A stretch of DNA of 40,386 nt from a virus (Duplodnaviria; Caudoviricetes): the IMG/VR virus record IMGVR_UViG_3300017909_002763, positions 1 to 40,386 of that record; one strand, given 5' to 3'. The notes under the pieces are model-generated. The model did not search any database, was not told the origin of the DNA, and was given only the letters and a program-made list of their open reading frames with translations. Positions 36,803-40,386 of the stretch are shown here, piece by piece (position 1 is the stretch's first letter; each line of letters begins with the position of its first letter). The position numbers and the translations under genes are program-made.

Positions 36803-37704
36803 TGCCATACGCAGGAGTAACACTAGAGAATGAAGGGATGGTCTACGTCCCTCTGCTTGACGTCCTGAACGACTTCAAGCTAACCATTGAGGAGGACGAT
36901 TACATCGGTAACGCGAATGACGTGGTCATGCGCAACATCGCCATGCGTGGCATCAGGGAGTTTGGGTTCGACGTGACCTCTCGGGTCAAGTCGATCAAGC
37001 GCACGATCAACACTGCCAACAATACCGTTGCCCTGCCCGACGACTTTGTTGACGTTATCAAGGTGGGCGTGGTCAATGCGGAGGGATTGGTCGAAATCCT
37101 GGTTGAGAACAAGCACATTAACTACAGTAGGGCTGAGGTCACCACTGCCGACGCCGACGACGCTGATCAGATCCCATCTGATGATGACTCCCAGGCTGGC
37201 GTACTTGGTGAGGACACCACGGGGCTGGAGGCAAACACCATTGCGGACACTGAGGACAGCAAGACAGTTACAGCGGGCGTCGATGTTGGCGCCTCCGACT
37301 TCGACGTGTACGTCTTCGACAACTTTCTGTATCAGGGCGGTATGGGCCGCATCTACGGAATGGGTGGCGCCTTTCACAGGGGAGAGTACCGCATCAACCT
37401 TGACCAGGCTAGGATCGAAATCAGCACCTCATCGACAATCACGGAGGTGATCCTGGAGTACGTTAGTGACGAGGCCAGATCGACGGACCCGATCATCCAC
37501 GTGTATGCTGAGGAGGCCCTTCGCTCCTACATCTACTACAAGCTCATTGAGCGCAAGAGCACGGTCCCGATCGCAGAGAAGGGACGTGCCCGTCAAGAGT
37601 ACTACAACGAGCGCCGCAAGGCCAAGGCCCGTCTGAGCAACTTCACCAAGTCCGAGGCCCTCAAGACCATCAGGAAGAACTTCAAACCAACGGTCAAGAA
37701 TTAA
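36802..37704 (+). CDS. tail ring protein
   Basis: RGIREFGFD...LPDDFVDVIKV...VILEYVSD...AEEALRSYIYY. Confidence 0.7.
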   Translation: MPYAGVTLENEGMVYVPLLDVLNDFKLTIEEDDYIGNANDVVMRNIAMRGIREFGFDVTSRVKSIKRTINTANNTVALPDDFVDVIKVGVVNAEGLVEILVENKHINYSRAEVTTADADDADQIPSDDDSQAGVLGEDTTGLEANTIADTEDSKTVTAGVDVGASDFDVYVFDNFLYQGGMGRIYGMGGAFHRGEYRINLDQARIEISTSSTITEVILEYVSDEARSTDPIIHVYAEEALRSYIYYKLIERKSTVPIAEKGRARQEYYNERRKAKARLSNFTKSEALKTIRKNFKPTVKN

Positions 37705-40386
37705 TGATTGACAAGAGGGTTCCACGTGTACTAAACGCAGACCTCGATGCCCGCCTCTCGAAACCGAATGAGCTCATCGATGCGTACAACATTCAAGTAG
37801 GCACAGACTACGCTGGCGACAACGCAGAGAACGCCGCTGGTCCATTGGCCACGGGCGATGCTGGTGTCATCAAGCCCGCCCTGGGTAATCAACCAGCCCT
37901 CCCAGGTCCTGCCAACGACCCTGTGTTCGATGTCACGGGCCTCTTCGACAATACCCCTAACGCCACGGGCAGAAGGGTCATCGGGCAGGTCAGCGATGGA
38001 CGACTGGGAATCGTCTACTTCTTTGTGTACTCTACGGACCCTCAGGAACAGGGTGTGTACGCCGTAAACAACGGCACACAGACCAGGGTCCACACCTCTT
38101 CTCAGTACCGATTCCCATCGGATGGGTTTGTTGACGCCGAGGTCGTCCACGTTTCTGATGGTGAGGGCACCTTCCGCCCGATCCTGTACTTCACGGATAA
38201 CGTGAACGAGCCGAGAAGGCTTGACATCAATGCTGTCTACAACGTCCTCACTGGTGAGGGCACTATCAACAACGACACCACAATGCTCACGCAGGATGTC
38301 ATCACTGCGTGCCCAAAGACCCCGATCCACCCACCTACATTCGAGTGGATCAATGATGCCACTCGCCTGGTATCTGAGTTCAGAAAGACTCGAGGATTGC
38401 AGTTTGCTTTCCAGTGCATCTACGCTAGTGGAGAGGAGACGGCCCCGTCAACGTATAGTCAAGTTGCTATCCCCCCAGCTTACCTTCAACAAGGCAGTAG
38501 CTCTACGATTGACGTAGATTTCTACAACGCACTGCGGATCACAATCCCTAGTCAGAATGCCGAGAATCCTGGTCCGCTGGTGCCCAACTTCACCCCTCAA
38601 ATTAATCGCATCCGATTGCTGGTAAGGGAGGGCGAGACTGGGACATGGACTGTAGCGGAAACCATTGATCTGGAAGAGTGGGGTGACGTCGTGTACGACT
38701 ACTACCATGACGAGGTCCTGAGTGGATTCCCCGAGGTCGAGCAGTTCAAGGCCTACGACTCTCTGCCTCGACAGGCAGAGACGCTTGCCGTGTCTGAGAA
38801 CAGGCTCATGTTCGGCAACTACGTCGAGCACTATGATGAACCCAATGCCACGGCACAGCTCACAGTAAACTACAGGGAAAGACCAAATGATTTTGTCGAA
38901 ATCGGCCTCACCGTTATTCCTAGGGTTCTACCAATTTTTAGTGAGGCTGTTCCTGCGGCTAACTTCTTGAACAACAGGCTCCGTCCAGATTTGTTGGAAG
39001 CGCCGACAATGCTGAACAGACGGGCTGGATTTGAAATTAGGTTTACAAATGTTCCTGACATCATTCCAGCAGGAACGACCATGAACTTTTCCATGTCTGT
39101 TAGCCCTGCCGAGCAGATTCACGTGTACGACTCATCAAACTCGTATCACGGATCTTCTGTGTGCGGCCTTGCGGATCAGGTGTTGGATTCTGATGGGAAT
39201 CCAACCGTTGCGTTGGATGGTCAAACGGTGTTTAGACAAACGATTCATGAACCTCTGGTAAATTTTCAGAGCGAGTTTGGACAAGGAGTTGATTACGAAG
39301 CTGGCGCCTTCATTCCTTATGGCGGAAAGAACTTCGGCGTTTTCGATATGAATACGCCCAACACCTGGACCACAACGGACGGGCCAGGGGCTGTCAAAGA
39401 GGACATTGAAGTTGTTGTTGGGACAAGTGCGGCGGCCCCATACGTAATTAAAGGTGAGTCGTTTTCTTTTTCATTCAGCATCAACTTTACGGAAGAGGTC
39501 GGCACCGACAGTCTCTCCGTACTTAGGTCCGCGGTGATGAATACTCTGAGCGGAAACTTGCCGTTAGAGACGGATCCGTATCAGCTCATCGACACCGCTG
39601 AGATTACTCCAGGTTACACCTACAATTTTGACCTGCCTCAACCATCAACGGAACCAATTCCATACATTACGCCCTTCCTGGAAGGAGTGCCCGAGGCCAT
39701 GGAGGTTCGCGTGCTGAACACTGGTGGGTCTGTTGGTGTTGGTGAGCACAACCATCTGGCCAAGAACATTGTCCCCGTGTTCACCAAAAGAAACGCAGAA
39801 AGTTCGGGGGATGGGTTTACGGATCCCATGCCCTGCGGGTACATATTTGTTCAGCAAGGATTTGTCTCCTTCTCTATGACTCACAGGGCGGATTACGATG
39901 CGCTTGTTGGAGAAGACTCAGCCTTTTGTTACCTGAACATTGAGGACCACCAAGTTCAACAGCACTATACCTGTATTCCCGAGTTCGATTACATGCTGGA
40001 GGCGCCAACAAGGTGGTTCTTGTTGAACGAGGCGGCCATGACTGAGTATGCACTGCCCAATGTCGACGTTGGAATGATGGGCGGCAGTGGTGGTTTTTAT
40101 AATGATTATTTACCCGCGTTCAGGATTTCCAACACTCTGGTACCACAGCAAAGCGGCAACCACACTTTGCCATCTGAATTAACTACTCTTAGTGCGCTGA
40201 CCTTTGACAATCTTCAGCGGATTCCAGGATTCATCAATATGCCAGCCAATCCACTCAGTGGGGCGGGATATAGCATCCTAGACGGGGAGAATGGGATTAG
40301 GCATCAGTCGGCACAAAGGAGCTTCACTGTCGACAATGAGGACTCTACGGACGGTCTTGTGGCTCTTGTTATGGAGAATGGCGGTG
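37704..40386 (+). CDS. tail stabilization / muzzle protein (P22 gp10-like), 3'-truncated; absent from ORF track
   Basis: MIDKRVPRVLNADLDARL...LYFTDNVNEPRRLDI...QFAFQCIY...NRLMFGNYVE; appears to run open to the window end. Confidence 0.8.
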   Translation, partial: MIDKRVPRVLNADLDARLSKPNELIDAYNIQVGTDYAGDNAENAAGPLATGDAGVIKPALGNQPALPGPANDPVFDVTGLFDNTPNATGRRVIGQVSDGRLGIVYFFVYSTDPQEQGVYAVNNGTQTRVHTSSQYRFPSDGFVDAEVVHVSDGEGTFRPILYFTDNVNEPRRLDINAVYNVLTGEGTINNDTTMLTQDVITACPKTPIHPPTFEWINDATRLVSEFRKTRGLQFAFQCIYASGEETAPSTYSQVAIPPAYLQQGSSSTIDVDFYNALRITIPSQNAENPGPLVPNFTPQINRIRLLVREGETGTWTVAETIDLEEWGDVVYDYYHDEVLSGFPEVEQFKAYDSLPRQAETLAVSENRLMFGNYVEHYDEPNATAQLTVNYRERPNDFVEIGLTVIPRVLPIFSEAVPAANFLNNRLRPDLLEAPTMLNRRAGFEIRFTNVPDIIPAGTTMNFSMSVSPAEQIHVYDSSNSYHGSSVCGLADQVLDSDGNPTVALDGQTVFRQTIHEPLVNFQSEFGQGVDYEAGAFIPYGGKNFGVFDMNTPNTWTTTDGPGAVKEDIEVVVGTSAAAPYVIKGESFSFSFSINFTEEVGTDSLSVLRSAVMNTLSGNLPLETDPYQLIDTAEITPGYTYNFDLPQPSTEPIPYITPFLEGVPEAMEVRVLNTGGSVGVGEHNHLAKNIVPVFTKRNAESSGDGFTDPMPCGYIFVQQGFVSFSMTHRADYDALVGEDSAFCYLNIEDHQVQQHYTCIPEFDYMLEAPTRWFLLNEAAMTEYALPNVDVGMMGGSGGFYNDYLPAFRISNTLVPQQSGNHTLPSELTTLSALTFDNLQRIPGFINMPANPLSGAGYSILDGENGIRHQSAQRSFTVDNEDSTDGLVALVMENGG

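Noticed and set aside
1-40386. Genome-wide stop-codon reassignment as in some crAss-like phages
   Set aside because: Long genes are intact in code 11 and many TGA/TAA stops are coupled to the next ATG; only one internal TGA was seen.

Overview
A 40.4-kb segment of a tailed dsDNA bacteriophage with Crassvirales-like (crAss-like) gene content. The host is almost certainly a Bacteroidota member: TAnnTTTG promoters, no Shine-Dalgarno motifs, and a T9SS type-B sorting domain. Positions 1-5061 hold a minus-strand block of small, tightly coupled early-type genes ending in a tRNA cut by the window edge. Positions 5062-6512 are a divergent non-coding region with a GC-rich, repeat-laden structured segment ending in a tRNA-like fold, plus AT/purine-skewed DNA with IHF-like palindromes and direct repeats. 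Positions 6513-40386 are the plus-strand late/virion block: cargo-like proteins, lysis genes, GroES-like co-chaperonin, terminase, portal, fibre proteins, scaffold, major capsid protein, ring proteins and a truncated tail stabilization protein. Main leads: (1) unrelated proteins bracketed at one or both termini by a basic [Y/M/N]xxGG tag, possibly a cargo-packaging or cleavage system; (2) a candidate ~620-nt ncRNA with a 3' tRNA-like domain; (3) an in-frame TGA inside TerL; (4) promoters placed for leaderless mRNAs; (5) a phage-encoded T9SS substrate. All functional calls come from motif recognition by eye; no searches were run.
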